Shown: in pieces, positions 1 to 14,282 of the stretch
Layout: each line of letters starts with the position of its first letter
How positions within the stretch are numbered: position 1 is the first letter of the stretch
Source: Octopus sinensis
Taxonomy: Eukaryota
DNA: 64,000 bases
NCBI RefSeq assembly: GCF_006345805.1
Contig: NC_043003.1
Coordinates: 34,410,001-34,474,000 of the forward strand
Direction of reading: 5' to 3'
Position numbers and translations under genes: made by a program
The notes under the pieces: model-generated
The model's database searches: none
The model's input: the letters and a program-made list of their open reading frames with translations, nothing else
What the model was told of the DNA's origin: nothing

Positions 1-169
1 TTCGAGGTGAAAGTTCGATTTCTTGCAAAAATAGAAAAGAAACTTAAATTCCACCACATGTATTACATACCAAGTTTTTTGTCTCCACACACACACATAC
101 ACACACACAAATACAATGATACACAAATGCACATGTGTTCAATATGTATTCAAGCACGCGACTATAAAT

Positions 170-309
170 GTTATATATATATATGTGTATAATATATGTA
201 TATATATCTATATATACATTATATATAACTATGTATGTGTATATATATGCCTATATGATATAATATATATATATATATTATATATTATATATGCATCTAT
301 GTATATATA

Positions 310-357
<48 letters not shown>

Positions 358-361
358 TATA

Positions 362-415
<54 letters not shown>

Positions 416-419
416 TATA

Positions 420-460
<41 letters not shown>
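170..460. repeat. (TA)n/(CA)n compound microsatellite
   Basis: Directly visible; the source of the YI/IY-rich spurious ORFs. Confidence 0.95.
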
Positions 461-463
<3 letters not shown>

Positions 464-1110
464 ATTCTGCTCCGAGGCAGTTAATACTGGAGATTGCAAA
501 TATATTTCTAAAATGTATTATTGAGTGTATGAATAAGTGTATGTACATGTGTGTCTGTGTGTGTGCATGTATTCGTATTTGCTCTTACACAGCTCTAATC
601 ATTAGTGTATGAGTATATGTGTACATCTTGGCGATAATTCCCCACCCTCACTCCCGATTCCTCTTTATTTGGTTTGTTACAATTCTTTCTGGTTTCTTTT
701 TCTTCTTCTTTTTTTGCATATTTTTTGAAAAGGATTCCTTGAAATACAAATATACACACAAATATAAATACTCACACACACAGACCTATGTAAAAGAAAT
801 TTTGTCAAGACAATATTTGGCTTGCTACAAGCACTATAACGTAAATTTCGTTTGTGGGATCTACATTTATTAATTAGCAACATATATATATAATATTCAC
901 GGATTTTGCAATATTCAATGCGGATGAGGACGTAGCTTCTATACAATATGAAGCAATAAAAATAAAATAGAATATAATATAGGTAACGAGCACAAGTTTT
1001 TACATATTCTAATACGGCTGGATATTTCAATGCAACATTCACTGCAGAAATATATAGATTAGTTGTATTAATAATAGCAGTGTTACTATTACTGTGAAAC
1101 ACGTGCTATA

Positions 1111-1124
1111 GTCGCCATGGAGAC
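1111..1124. promoter_or_regulatory. RFX X-box-like near-palindrome
   Basis: GTCGCCATGGAGAC closely resembles the X-box GTTGCCATGGCAAC; an E-box CACGTG lies at 1100-1105. Motif match only. Confidence 0.3.
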
Positions 1125-1384
1125 GGCAGTAAATAACAGGAACTAACATAAATGGCCTAACTATAATGGATAGATGAAGCATTGTTTGGAAAGACGCACG
1201 CCAAATGGCATATGTATATGAGTACGGATGTACGCACGTGTGTGTATGTGTATATGTAAGTTTGTATGTATATATGCAATCCTGTATATATATATATATG
1301 TCTATAAATGAGAGTGTTAAGTATATATATATATATATATATAGATATATACATATATATATATAATATATATATATAATATAT

Positions 1385-1439
<55 letters not shown>

Positions 1440-1644
1440 TATACATACAATATATATATATATATATTATATATATCTATATATATATATATGTGCAAAA
1501 TATATATTATTCACACCACACACACATATATATACATATACATTAATACATATTGGTATGTGTAAATTATTACATATATTGTATGCATATATAATTAATA
1601 TATATATTATATATATGCATATATAATTACTTATATATATAGAT

Positions 1645-1676
<32 letters not shown>

Positions 1677-1677
<1 letters not shown>

Positions 1678-1745
1678 GGCGGTGCCCAGCATGGTCACAG
1701 CTCATTAGCTGAAACTGGAAAAATCAAAATCAAAAAAATCAAAAT
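1677..1745 (+). mobile_element. 3' end fragment of CORE-type SINE (family B)
   Basis: ggcggtgcccagcatggtcacagctcattagctgaaac matches the family B 3' ends at about 26510-26545 and 41260-41300. Confidence 0.6.
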
Positions 1746-1842
1746 ATATATATATAACAGATATATATCTAATACACGTATATATATATATATACATATA
1801 TACATAAATATATATATTCATATATACATATGGACAGATAGA

Positions 1843-1845
1843 TAA

Positions 1846-1918
<73 letters not shown>

Positions 1919-1990
1919 AAAGTACTGCATATATACATACATACATACATACATACATACATACATACATACATACATACATACATACAT
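1843..1990. repeat. (GATA)n followed by (CATA)n
   Basis: Directly visible. Confidence 0.95.
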
Positions 1991-2357
1991 AAATCATATG
2001 TGGGTAGATATGTAAGAAGGTGGGTAGGTAGGTAGGTAAGAAAGGAGGCGCTAGGTAAACAGATATGATCGAAAATTCACAAAATATGTTACCTTATTTA
2101 CCAACAGCCTTTCAAGAAATAGATATAAATAAATAAATAAATCATGGCAGCTTAATCTATTTGACAGGGGGTTACACTTATAATTACCGTTAATGGTGTC
2201 ATAAATTGAATAGACAGATGTGAATCCACTTCTTTTATTGCATGTGTGAGGACATACAGACACATGTCAGCCTTCCAGCATTTTCTGCACCCCGCGAGCG
2301 CGCAAGTGTGCATACACACACATCTCTCCATATGCATTTACATAAATATGCATATGC

Positions 2358-2409
<52 letters not shown>

Positions 2410-2447
2410 CGCTATCTCTCTCTCTCTCACTCTCTATCAATATATAT

Positions 2448-2489
<42 letters not shown>

Positions 2490-2580
2490 TATATGTATAT
2501 ATATCTGTATATATATGTATGTATATATATATATTATATATATATATATATTATATATATATAATATATCATATATATAT

Positions 2581-2627
<47 letters not shown>

Positions 2628-2683
2628 TATATGTGTGTGTGGTGTGTGTGTGGTGTGTGTGTGTGTATGTGTGTGTGTATAGT

Positions 2684-2975
2684 GAAGGCACATGGCTTAT
2701 TGGTTATGGTATTCGGCTTGTAAGATCGTGAGTTCAATTCCTGGCAACACGTTGCTTCCTTGAGCATGACCCTTTATTTCACGTTGGTCCAGTCCACTCA
2801 GCTGGCAAAATGAGTTGTACCTGTATTTCAAAGGGCCAACATTGTCACACTCTGCTTCACGCTGAATCTCCTTTAGAACTAAAATAAAGGTACACGTGAC
2901 TTTGGAGTGCTCAGCCACATGCACGTTAATTTCAGATCAACTGGAACCCTCGTCGTCGTAAGCGACGAAGTGCCA
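2684..2975 (+). mobile_element. tRNA-derived SINE (family C head, alternative tail)
   Basis: A-box-like tggcttattgg and B-box-like gagttcaattcc. The middle tttcacgttggtccagtccactcagctggcaaaatgagt is shared with the copies at 15229 and 30660. Confidence 0.8.
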
Positions 2976-3295
2976 GTGCCGTATACATTATAGATATACA
3001 AACAAGCAAACATACATGCATACACATACTGATATGTGTGCGTGTGCATGTGTTTGTGTTTGTCTGTGATGTGGGAAAAGCGAACTCGCTGTTGTTTGGC
3101 TTATTCAAAGAAAGGTTATGGTCCACGACTATTTTCAGAGTCTCCCAAGACTGCGGGGAACGAAGTAAATTATCCCCGGACCGAAGACCTAGTCAGCATG
3201 TTTGCAATCATGTGGGCTCCACTAATAGCTCATAACAGCTACGTGTACATGTTAAAACCCAGTAACAGATACCGTCAACCACACAAGAACGGCTT

Positions 3296-3365
3296 CTGTG
3301 ATGGACCTTTAAGCAGTTTTTAATCTACTAAGTTTCAGATATGTAGGAAAACGGTCCTGAAACCG
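3296..3365 (+). ncRNA. Degenerate hammerhead-like motif, probably a Penelope-like element relic
   Basis: CTG-TGA (A6 missing), stem GGACC(3303-07)/GGTCC(3353-57), then GAAAC. Stem I is not intact. Confidence 0.3.
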
Positions 3366-3609
3366 CATAGACATGTTCTATGCCCATTTGACTGCAACAA
3401 GTTGTCTTCGGAAGAGATAACAAAGTTGTTTTCATCTATGTATGTGCATAGACAAAAACAAGGCTATTTTTTCTGCGTGCATGTTAGTATGTGTGTGCGT
3501 GTCAGTATTATATATCTATATCTATCTATCTAATATATATATGCATATATACATATATATATATGTATGTATAGATATATATATATATATATATGTGTGT
3601 GTATATAGG

Positions 3610-3656
<47 letters not shown>

Positions 3657-3824
3657 TATGTACACACAAGCACACATTAGCTATTAGCGACGGATTTATT
3701 AGCTTGCTGAGACGATTCCTCTGGATTATTACCACAGCCTACGGCATTAGAATCAACACAAATACATTGGATGTGCAATTTTATATATGTATGTATGTAT
3801 CTATCTATGTGTTTATCATTTTTT

Positions 3825-4005
3825 GCTAGTGCTTGGTCCCTATTGCTTGACAACTGGCTTTGGATTGTTTACATAACCGTAACATAGCGACTCAGTAAAA
3901 GAAACCGACAAAATAATTACCAGGATTCAAAATTATGCAATGGGCTGATTTCTCGGACTAAGCCCAGGATGTCTATAGTCCAAAAACAGTAACAAGTAAA
4001 AGGTA
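3825..4005 (+). mobile_element. Decayed 3' half of family B SINE
   Basis: gcttgacaac...gtttacataaccgtaacatagcgactcagtaaaagaaaccga aligns to the intact copy at 26420-26560. Confidence 0.6.
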
Positions 4006-4039
4006 AAATGTATATAAACATATATATGTGAGGTGGGGT

Positions 4040-4270
4040 GCGTACTGATTTACAAAAGTTTTTGACTTATAGGAGGGTGGCAAAGGGATATGTTAACGAC
4101 ATTTTCTTACACAAAGGCTGGGTTATGAAACAAGGGATAAAATGCGAAATGGCTACAAGAAGAGAAATCAGAACTCCTTCGGGAATAGGTCTCATCGGGA
4201 ATTTACCTCTGAGAAATAGTGGAATATTAAGCACTCATGAAAGACAGTCGAAATATGAAGGAATATGATA
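4040..4270 (+). mobile_element. Possible decayed CR1/L2-type LINE 3' fragment
   Basis: Frame-switched translation GIKC...YKKRNQNSFGNR...NLPLRN loosely resembles CR1 ORF2 C-termini. Weak. Confidence 0.2.
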
Positions 4271-4522
4271 GATAAAAGAATACTGTGGAGGATATTCAGT
4301 TAACATATATGCATACATGTGTGTATGTTATATTATATATAGATATATATATATATATATAATATATATATTACACACACACACAAATTCACAGATACGT
4401 ACGTTCATACATACACATACGTACATACACACACACATACATACATAGGTACGTACTATGTATGCATGTATGTATGTATTTTATGCATGTATTTGTGTAG
4501 ACAGACAGACAGACAGACGGAG

Positions 4523-4572
<50 letters not shown>

Positions 4573-4701
4573 GTAGATAGATTGATTGATTCATAGATAG
4601 ATGGAATAGGTCAAAATAGATCCATAGTTGTTCACCTACTGTGTCGAGATCGATAAACGAAGCCTGTTCATTTCACGAAATGCCAGTATATTCTACATTT
4701 A

Positions 4702-4746
<45 letters not shown>

Positions 4747-6384
4747 ATCTATTTATCTATGCAAGTGTTTGTGTATTTGTGTGTGTGTGTGAAATGTATT
4801 ATATACTGTTGTTTGAACCATATATGAACGAGATAGTGAGTGTTGAGTGAAGGTGGCATTTGTTCTGCTTCAGCGATTAAACGAAGAAGGATTTATTTTT
4901 AGGACCGATTTCTGTCATGAGCGTGTGCGTATGTCTGTTTATGGGGTGCGAACAGACGTGTGCATTATCATGTATGTATGGAGAGATATATACCCCAGGA
5001 ATAATAGTGGTCGAAAATAGAAAATGTATTATCAATGACATAAAGCAGACGAATCAACCTGCCAATCTTGCGAATAAGTCTGCTGTTTCTTAAACAAGCT
5101 TTTATTCAAATCAGTAAATTTTTCCCGTTTTTTTTTAATGTATATATTTTTGGTGTGTGTGGAATATGCAGAAGCATGAGGCAATGAAATTGAAAAAAAA
5201 AATAGTTAATATATATTCTATACAGCTTGTATGTGATCTTTTTGTTGGCTTTGCGGTAAATAAAGAAATTATTATTGGCAAGCAGTGTAAAATAGACTTA
5301 AGCTCTCAGAATACTGAGCCCGCTATCTATGTGGGATTCCCAGTTGGAGTTATTTCTCTTTTACTAGCGTTGCTTTTGGCTTTGGAAGAAGCAGTAACGC
5401 CATTAATGTTATCTACGATTTACTTTAAATCAATAATAACCTTTTCAATACCCTAGCTATTCTTATCAAAGCAGCCTTTGGCATTATCATGTCCTACGTA
5501 TTATCCCTATCTCAGCTACTTGTCTCATCTAAAAGAAACTATCTACCACTACTTATATCGCATATGGTTTTGTATGGTGAGCAAATACTTGAAATCCCAC
5601 GCCTAACTTAATTATGACAATATCTGCAGTTCTTGCCTTCTTTTCGATTACATATAACCGGTCACCTACTTATCAATATTCTTAAGTATATTATTTTCGG
5701 AATACTGCCTTCGATTTGCTGACATAGTTGAGACTCCTTATTTCCAAAGTCTTCGTATTATGGCAGAAAAATTTCCCCTTTGTCGCTATACAAGTTTTAG
5801 ATGCATTTTTGGAAAGCCAGTTTGAAGAAATTAACAGCATTTATTTGACAAGAAAAATTGTAGAAGTATATCAAACTTCTCATCTTTGCAACTTTGGTGA
5901 TGCAATACTTGTAATAAATAAGAATTAAAAGTAGTCCTTTCTTGCAAAATTCATTTATCCAACCAAATCGTTTTTACCACACGCTCTGTAAACTAAATGC
6001 ACAATACTGTTTTGAACCCTCACTTTAACTATTACACTTCCATTTTAAGTCTAAATGAAGATCACCACAATTCATATTTCTCAACCCTATTCAAAAAAAT
6101 TCTTGATTGTATGTTGTACTGAGTGAAATAGTCATGGTATTATTACAACATACAATCCCTGAGCTATCACGATATTATAACTCTCATAGTTACTTTCAGA
6201 AGAGAATTTTCTGAAAAATACTTTTTCTCTCATTAGTTACTTCTCTTGTAAACCTTTGGTTATTTTTGAACCGAAGCTATAAAATTCCAGAGGCTTAAAT
6301 ATATATTACACAAGGATTCCAAGTTCAACTGTCTCCAGTAATATACCACCATTGCTTGTCTTCTATCTTTTCTACATTTTTCAG

Positions 6385-6502
6385 GACGATTTGGTTGGTA
6401 CCGTTTGTTGTTGACAACAAGAAAGGTTCACTCGGTTTCTTAGTCAACTTTGGGAATCGAGGATGAAGGAATCACTTTCGCTGTTTTCTGTCGCGCCCGC
6501 TG
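6385..6502 (+). other. Candidate exon (5' UTR or first coding exon)
   Basis: Acceptor ttttctacatttttcag|G and donor CTG|gtacgt. All three frames contain a stop, but an ATG at 6463 (A at -3) reads MKESLSLFSVAPA into the donor. Confidence 0.25.
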
Positions 6503-7139
6503 GTACGTAAAGAATATCTATTTCTGATGCATGCATTTGTAGCAGCTGACCTCTCTGCTTTGAAGGACTAACTATAAAACGTTACTCCCAAGACCAACTA
6601 CGGAGAACAGTACAGGCATCATTTTCTGGTCATGTGGGGTAACGAAGACTTTTATGCCCATAGAAATTCCTCAACTTAGTATAAATGATTGAAATACGTG
6701 TATTCAAAATTTCTATTTTGACCTCTTCCTTATGAGACCATGTCAGTCTCAAATCTTCCTACTTAAGGAAATGTCTTATATCAACCAATCTTTTACTAGT
6801 TTTCTAAAATACTCTCAAAATCCTCACAGCAAATGTTATCAGTTATGCATAATTCAGACTAAATATTAGAATAATCGTATATTATACAACTTGAATTAAA
6901 CTTGTTTGTTCTCTTGATGAATTTCCTGGCTTCTTATTTGTTCACATAAACATAACCCCTGATACAGCTAATTGTCCATTCATACATCTTTCATTTATCT
7001 ATCTCTGCCCTTCTATCAGTCCATGTATTTATCGCCCTATCTATCTTTACATCTATTTCTCTAGCTATCTATGTGATTATCTATTCATTATTTAACTGCT
7101 TGTGTACGAAGAACGATATTACATTATATGTGCACTGAA

Positions 7140-7480
7140 TGTAGAGGATGTGCAAAGCAAGAAATAAATGAAGTGGGTATGCTCTGTTCATTGTGCATTA
7201 GTGGTGTGAATAAACGACAAATAAGACATGAGTAGAGAGAAAAACTGATAATGAGAAGAAATTGTACAAGAGAGAAGACTGCGTTATATGGGCATGAAAT
7301 GTATATTTAGGATGAGAATGAGGTAAAAAAAAGTGACATGCGATTTAAGTGGAACGTACCTATAGAAGAAAGCATAGGAAGATACGGGGGAAAACTGATG
7401 AAAGCTGAATAAGATGACAAGGAGCAGCAGCGAGTGGCGGAATGAAGTACTGGGGAATACCCGTCCAATTTATTCAAGTA
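7140..7480 (+). mobile_element. Old RTE-clade LINE 3' fragment
   Basis: With frameshifts: NEVGMLCSLC...REKL...QERRLR/YGH, matching the RTE ORF2 C-terminal pattern NEASMLRWMC...REKL...QERRLRWYGH. A degenerate (GAT)n tract follows. Confidence 0.6.
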
Positions 7481-9239
7481 TGGGGGAAATGAATGTAAAA
7501 TGATGGTGATGATGAGGATGACGATGGTGGTCGTCGTGGTGGTTTTGATGACAATAATAATGACGATGACTATGTTATAGCTATCATGGTATCATTCTAA
7601 ACGAGTGTATATGAAGTTATGCTGCTGCCAGTAAATATCTATATGCATGTATTCTAAAACGAAATTCCTACCCGTTTCTTCACATCTGAAAGTACGATCC
7701 ATATTAATAGTCTTATTTTCTAATATTCATTATTTGTCACAATAATGTATTTATAAATTTGAAGCACTTGTGAAACACTATATAGCTTTTAAAAAAAACC
7801 TACGAACTTTTAGGAACAGATACTTAGAGTTAGAAATGTACTAAAAGACTCGCATTATATACATATGTGCAAATATGCGTATAACAAATATATTATCCAA
7901 TAAATTATACGCAAATTATTCTTTAAGTACTCTTTAAAAGATACTCCTAAGACTCTTATTCCTTTAAATGTGCATGTGCATATGCATGTATGCACATGCA
8001 TATGCATGTATAGGTGAGCATGTGAAAGAGAGAAAAGAAAAGAAAAGAAACTAACATTATTTTATTATTTAGATCATATGTCTCATTTGTGTGCGTATGC
8101 GCGCGTGTGCGTACAAGCGTAAAGATGAGAGGTAGAAAAAGGAGAGGTAGAAAGAGTGATTGAAAATAGAGGGGGAGGGAGAGAGAAATTACAGTAACAC
8201 TTCAGTTTGTTTGTGACACAATATCAGAGAGAAGGAAAAGGAGAACAGCAATGAGATAGACATAGAGAAGGTAAGAAAGAGCGGAGAGAGAGAGAGAGAG
8301 AGAGAGCGAAAAGGAAGAGTAGAAATTTAGATATTGTATAATATATAGATTCTTAAAGAAAAGGAGAGGAGGAAAAAGCTTGAGAGAGAGAGAGAGAGAG
8401 AGAGAGAGCAAAGATGTGAAATAGCTTGAGTAAATGTGAGACGGTGAAAAAAGGAGAGACAGTGAGTAAGAAAGAAAGTGAGAGAAGGGAAAGGGGGAAA
8501 GAGAGAGAGGAAGAATAAATGAGAATGAGAGAGTGTCAGAAGAGCAGAAACTGAAACCTCACCGTGTATACGTAAAATTTTGAGAAGCATAGTGGTAGAA
8601 AAGAGAGGATAACATATAAACAAGGAAATGAGGGGGTGTGTGGAGGTGGGGGGGATAAAAAGAGGAGAATTCGAGTTACTGTCCCGTTTGTTGTTGTTTG
8701 CGCGCGCGCGCACACGTGTGTGTTTGTGTGTGTGTGTGTGTGTGTGATCCCAAGATAATTTTCACCATGGGAATATTTGCCTCTTTGAACATGTTCAACT
8801 TGTGGATCAGATGATAAACGGGTAGGAAAAAGAGAAAAGCTAGTGGTGGTGGTGGTGGTGGTGGTGGAGGGGTAAATAAAGAACTCAAGAGTCTCCTGCT
8901 CCCCCTTCCCCTTCCTCACACACACACACACACACAGTCACGCGCACGCGCGCTATTTCCTTCTCTCATACACACTAACATACATTTTCCTTAGGGATTT
9001 TTGTAATTCTCCCTCCATGCATCCAACAAATTCATCGCGGCATTGACTCGGAAATAATAGGAAATATGTATTTATTTATTATATGCTGCTGCAGCTCGCT
9101 TGATGAGACCTTAAACAAGGCAGTTCCATTTTGTCAATACTAAAAACCACCAACCACCCCCTTTACCTTAGCCTACACTAACTCTTCTACACTTCTCTCT
9201 TCCCTCACTATAACTCAATTCGTATACACCAGCACCAAC

Positions 9240-9700
9240 ACTGGCTATTACCCTCCATCCACCATCATCATCGCCACCAAAGCCTATCAGTCACTGCTAG
9301 GAGGATGGGAAATGCGCGGACGATGACTACGGTGACTGTATGCTTCCGAAATACTCCGCCAACAACATCGTCGCCACCACCACCACCACCACCAACAACA
9401 ACAACAAGATCAACACTTTCCCTAGCAACAACAACTGCAGTTCCAACATTAACCTAACCATCGCCACCACCACCACCACCACCACCATCATCATCATCAC
9501 CAGCTGTGCCACCATTTCTAATAGCCAGAATCAAAACTACCACTCACCACCATCACAAACAAGACCGACCACTTAAATAGCATCTTAACCATCACCATCA
9601 CCACCATCACCATCACCATCACCATCACAACAACTAACATCGTTACAATCACCAATATAACCAGCAACCCCCATCACAACAAAATCCACGCCATCATAAT

Positions 9701-9754
<54 letters not shown>

Positions 9755-9766
9755 CACCACACCACC

Positions 9767-9828
<62 letters not shown>

Positions 9829-9841
9829 CACCACCACCACC

Positions 9842-9877
<36 letters not shown>

Positions 9878-10075
9878 GCAACGACAACAACAATAACAAC
9901 TACCTCACTACCTTTGCCACCACTAAAATCAACATCAAAATTACCATGAACATCAACAATAACAATCACCACAACAACCACCTAATCACCAGCAGCACCA
10001 CCATCGCCGCCGCTGCCGCCGTCGCCACCGCCACTGCCGCCGCCACGGCACCGTCCCCTACCACCACCATCACAC
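9240..10075. repeat. Mosaic of ACC/ACT/AAC/ATC/GCC trinucleotide repeats
   Basis: Directly visible; pure (ACT)n/(ACC)n at about 9705-9877. Confidence 0.9.
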
Positions 10076-10748
10076 AAACATATCTTAATACAAAGATGGC
10101 TGGTTGCCATCAACAGTGCTTCGATGTAGAAAAAAAATATATATTTAAAAAAAAACATAACAAAAAAAAAATAATAATAATAAATGAACAGAAATATGGC
10201 GACGAACAGGGCTTAGTTCTTCAGCTGAGTCATGTCACGTCAGTTGTCGGCCTTCGTAAAACTAACAATTGTTCGTACTCCTTCCTTTCCTAAAATCCCT
10301 TATACTTCTACCTCTACCTCTCACTCACTCGCTCGCTCGCCTGCTCTCTTTATCGCTGACTTCTCTTTCTCTCACGCTATTTTCCATCTTCTTTCTCTCC
10401 TATTCTCTCTTATAGCATCAGCTCTCCGTCTTTCTTTCTTCAGTCAACCTCTACCTCATCTTTAATGTGTCATACTCTATGCAGTGCCTCCATTAGCCTC
10501 TAACTTATTGATCTAGCCCCTTTATCCTACCACCCCCAAACTTTTCACTGATTCCTTGTGCTGCATCTCAAGCTATCAATCTATCTCTCTAAAGCTTCTT
10601 CGGACTTTTTTCCCTGTCTTCCTGAAATTTTATTTTAGTTTTTATCCTTATTTATTTCTTTTCTACTGATCTCTTTTTCTGAAGTTCCTAGGATTCGATG
10701 TTCATTCATTTTTTTAAATATTTTTTTTTTCTCAAGTTAAACAGCGTG

Positions 10749-10936
<188 letters not shown>

Positions 10937-11194
10937 TTGCTATTATCATTAATGCTATAGTTGCTCTTGGCTACAGGTTTTGCTTTTAGACGATAAGCTG
11001 TTCCACCACTGCCGTAGGCGTACAAAAACCTTCCTTCGGAACACAGGCATGCTTCATTAAATGCTATTCCTACATTCGTCATCATCATCACCATCATTAT
11101 CATCATCATTACTAGCATGATCATATTACCGATGATGCTGATGATGATGATAATGATTCTTAACTTCACCAGAAGGACACACATTTGGGAAGAA

Positions 11195-11375
11195 AGGGAT
11201 TTAATCGATTTACTCGTCTCCAGTTCTTGAATGGTACTTAGTTTATCGTCTCAGAAAAGATGGAAGGCAAAAACTAAGGTAGCGGGGCTTGAACTTAGAA
11301 CATAAAGGGGCGTGAGTAAATATGGTAAGGTATTTAGTTCCTACATTCAACAATTTTTGCCACTCTACCCTTTTA
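11195..11375 (-). mobile_element. Decayed family A (Meta/MESC-domain-like) SINE
   Basis: tggtacttagtttatcg...aaagatggaaggc...ttgaacttagaac aligns to the reverse complement of the intact copy at 56710. Confidence 0.6.
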
Positions 11376-12893
11376 ACAAGCTTGGCACAGAATAGATAAA
11401 TTTGGAGAAAGGGTGAAGCTGATTTACTCGGTTCCTCTACATGATTTGTGTTATCGACACAGTGAGAACGAAAGATATAGAACAAGCGAGATTTTCACTG
11501 GGACTATAACAAAGTTTAATTAAAAAGTGTAGGATATTTATTCTAGGATTTTGCTATTTCTCATCCTCAGAAAGACTAACAGGATTCTTGGCGAATAAGA
11601 GACGAAAGACGAGAATTTTTCTGAAACTTTGCTATCCTGCCCTTAATTTACCATCTTCAACACCTATTTTGGTAATGTTCCCAGTGCTCCTATTGCAACA
11701 GAAATAAATTTCTCTTGCATCTTCCAGAATTTCCTCATTTAACTTCACTTCCAGTATTTTTGATTTTGCTATGCTATGATACAGCATAGTAGCATCTATA
11801 GGGCATAGTAGCATCTTATACACATTTTTTTTCACTTGATCCTGACCATTTCTATTCTACGAACCATTATGAAATCGTGACTTTGCAAAGAAAATCCCAG
11901 TGGGTTTTACAATGCCCATTTTCAATAACAGATTCTGGCTGGTGATGGTGTCATTTTGTATAATTATTTGAATCCACATTTCCATCCACTCATACAGTAT
12001 ATACTTTTGTTTAATTTCTTTATAACGTCTTACTATATTCACTCACTACAGGAGTGCCACTTTCGCCTACGTTACCACAAACTTGACAATTACCATCTTA
12101 CTATCTCCTGCTATTTTTCTTTCTCATTTGCTTTGTCCTCATCGTTTGTGTTTTCACAATCATGATAAACGTTTCTGCCTTCTATTTAGTCTTCAAGCAT
12201 TGAGTCAAGCTCATTGTTTCTCCAATCCTACTTGCTGGGCGAACTTCATACGCAACTCTTCTTTCCTGTTTTTTCACCCCTCTCTTCATTTTCATTTACT
12301 TGGAACTTTTCATAACCCTGATCTAACATTCATTCTTCTCATCACACTTCACCAATAGCCAAATGTACGTTGCATCTCTCTCTTTTTTTTTTTTTTTTTT
12401 TTTCTCCCTACTCGTTAAACACCCTACCATTTTTTGAACCCATTGTTTTCTCAGTTCATTTAATCAAGCTCATTTTTTTGTCCCTGAAGGAATGCTGCGT
12501 ATTATATCAACATTGATATTGCCTGTGTGTACATTCTATTTATTAACAATGTTCCTTCCACACAGTTTCTGCTTTCACAAATTCTCTGAGCCTCCTGCGT
12601 TTATCAGCATATCGTAGCTCCCTCAGATATTTATATATATTTACACAAATACACATATACACATAAAGAAACTCTTCCTCCTCCTCCTCCTTCTCTCTCT
12701 TTCTCTCTATTTGTCTATCTGCCTACATACATACATAAACATACACACGTACACATACATATAGAAATGCACGTACTCACAAAGGTTTGTGTGTGTGTGA
12801 GTGAATATATACGTATCCCTCCATACGTATACATACATATAGTCGTGCATACATACATTCATACATACATACATACATACATACATACATACA

Positions 12894-12927
<34 letters not shown>

Positions 12928-14282
12928 CATATGCATGTATTTCGGCGGAACTCAGTCAACAGAGCAAGAATTGGTCTTTAATAGTTTAGACTGCTTCTCT
13001 TTCAATAGAAGAACTATGGATGGTAAATTTTAGATTTAGTTGTAGATTTCCTCTGATTTATACTTTATTCAAAAACATGAAAGTTTCTGTGATTTTAGAT
13101 TGACAGAAAATTTTCTATAAAACCAGCTTTCTTCCAAACTTTATATTTTACTTAATCTCCTCTCTCTCTCTCTCGCTGTTCTTTCTACTCTCTCTCTCTC
13201 TGTCTCTCTCTCATTCTCTTCCCCTTTCTCTTTCTCTCTTACTCTTTATCTTTATTTCTCTTCTTTTTTATATCTCTCTTTGCTTTCATTGCTGTTCTGT
13301 GTTTTCTATCATTTTCCTCTATTCTCTATCTCTGCTGCTCACTCGTACATACATACGAACTTATACAAACACAACTGCATCCACTCTTACTCTCTTTTCC
13401 TCTCTAAATTTCTATCTTTCTTCACCACCACCGCCACCATCACCACCACCGCCACAATCACCACCACCGCGTACACACACATGCGTCCCACAATAATCTC
13501 TGATATTCCTTATCTCTTTGTCATTTCATCCCTATCTATCTCTCCCACTCACTCTCTCTCTCTCTCTCTCTCACTCTCTCTCTCTCTTCCCTCTTTCTAT
13601 CTATCTCACTTTGTTTCTTCTCTTTGTCTTACTTTTACACTTGCACATTACTTCCTCCTTCCTCCCCCCCTTCTCAACATCTCGAAATGCTTTCCTCTAC
13701 GTTTCTGATCCTTCAACTTCCGTCTCATGTTCATTCCACCAATTGACCCCAATTCCACGTTTCTCCACCTCCACCCGTTCTTTGATGCTGCTTTTCTATT
13801 CCCTCCAGATCCTTCCACTGCTCTCTCTTCTGCCACAGCACCTAATTCGGCTTCTGAACTTTCTACACACATCGTTCCTTCTCAGAGATTAGAAGCCAAC
13901 ATCAATACATAAAGACTTTGATGGGTTGGGTGTAATTCGTTGCAAGTTATTGCCATCTTCTTTTTATTGTTGTTGTTGCTACCGTTTGTGGTGGTGATAA
14001 CGTTGCTGGTAGTATTGCTACTCACATTGATGTTGCTGTTATGATTGTTATTATTTTTGGTGGCAATAGAAATAGTGGTAATAGTAGTAGCGGTAGTGGT
14101 TTTCAAGCTATGGCTACTGATGTTAAATTTGGCAAACATTACATAGGATATAATAACGATATCCCAGCTGCTATTGTTGTTATTGTTGTTACACTATGGA
14201 TGAGCAAGGATGCTGTATAAATTATTCTATTAGTATTGCTGTTGCTGCTGTTGTTGTTGTTGCTGCTGTTTTTGTAGGATTT

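Noticed and set aside
5157-5930. Hydrophobic segments resembling a frameshifted multi-pass transporter (loosely SLC35-like)
   Set aside because: It needs several frameshifts and stops, and T-rich DNA yields L/F/I/S by chance. Only a significant BLASTx hit would revive it.
9340-9576. Thr/Asn-rich mucin-like ORF
   Set aside because: It lies within a degenerate trinucleotide mosaic; there is no signal peptide or splice context, and similar tracts occur elsewhere in both orientations.
11600-12350. Possible decayed minus-strand RTE ORF2 (VKKNVYK...TMLYHS)
   Set aside because: Only one weak motif resemblance; not enough to call.
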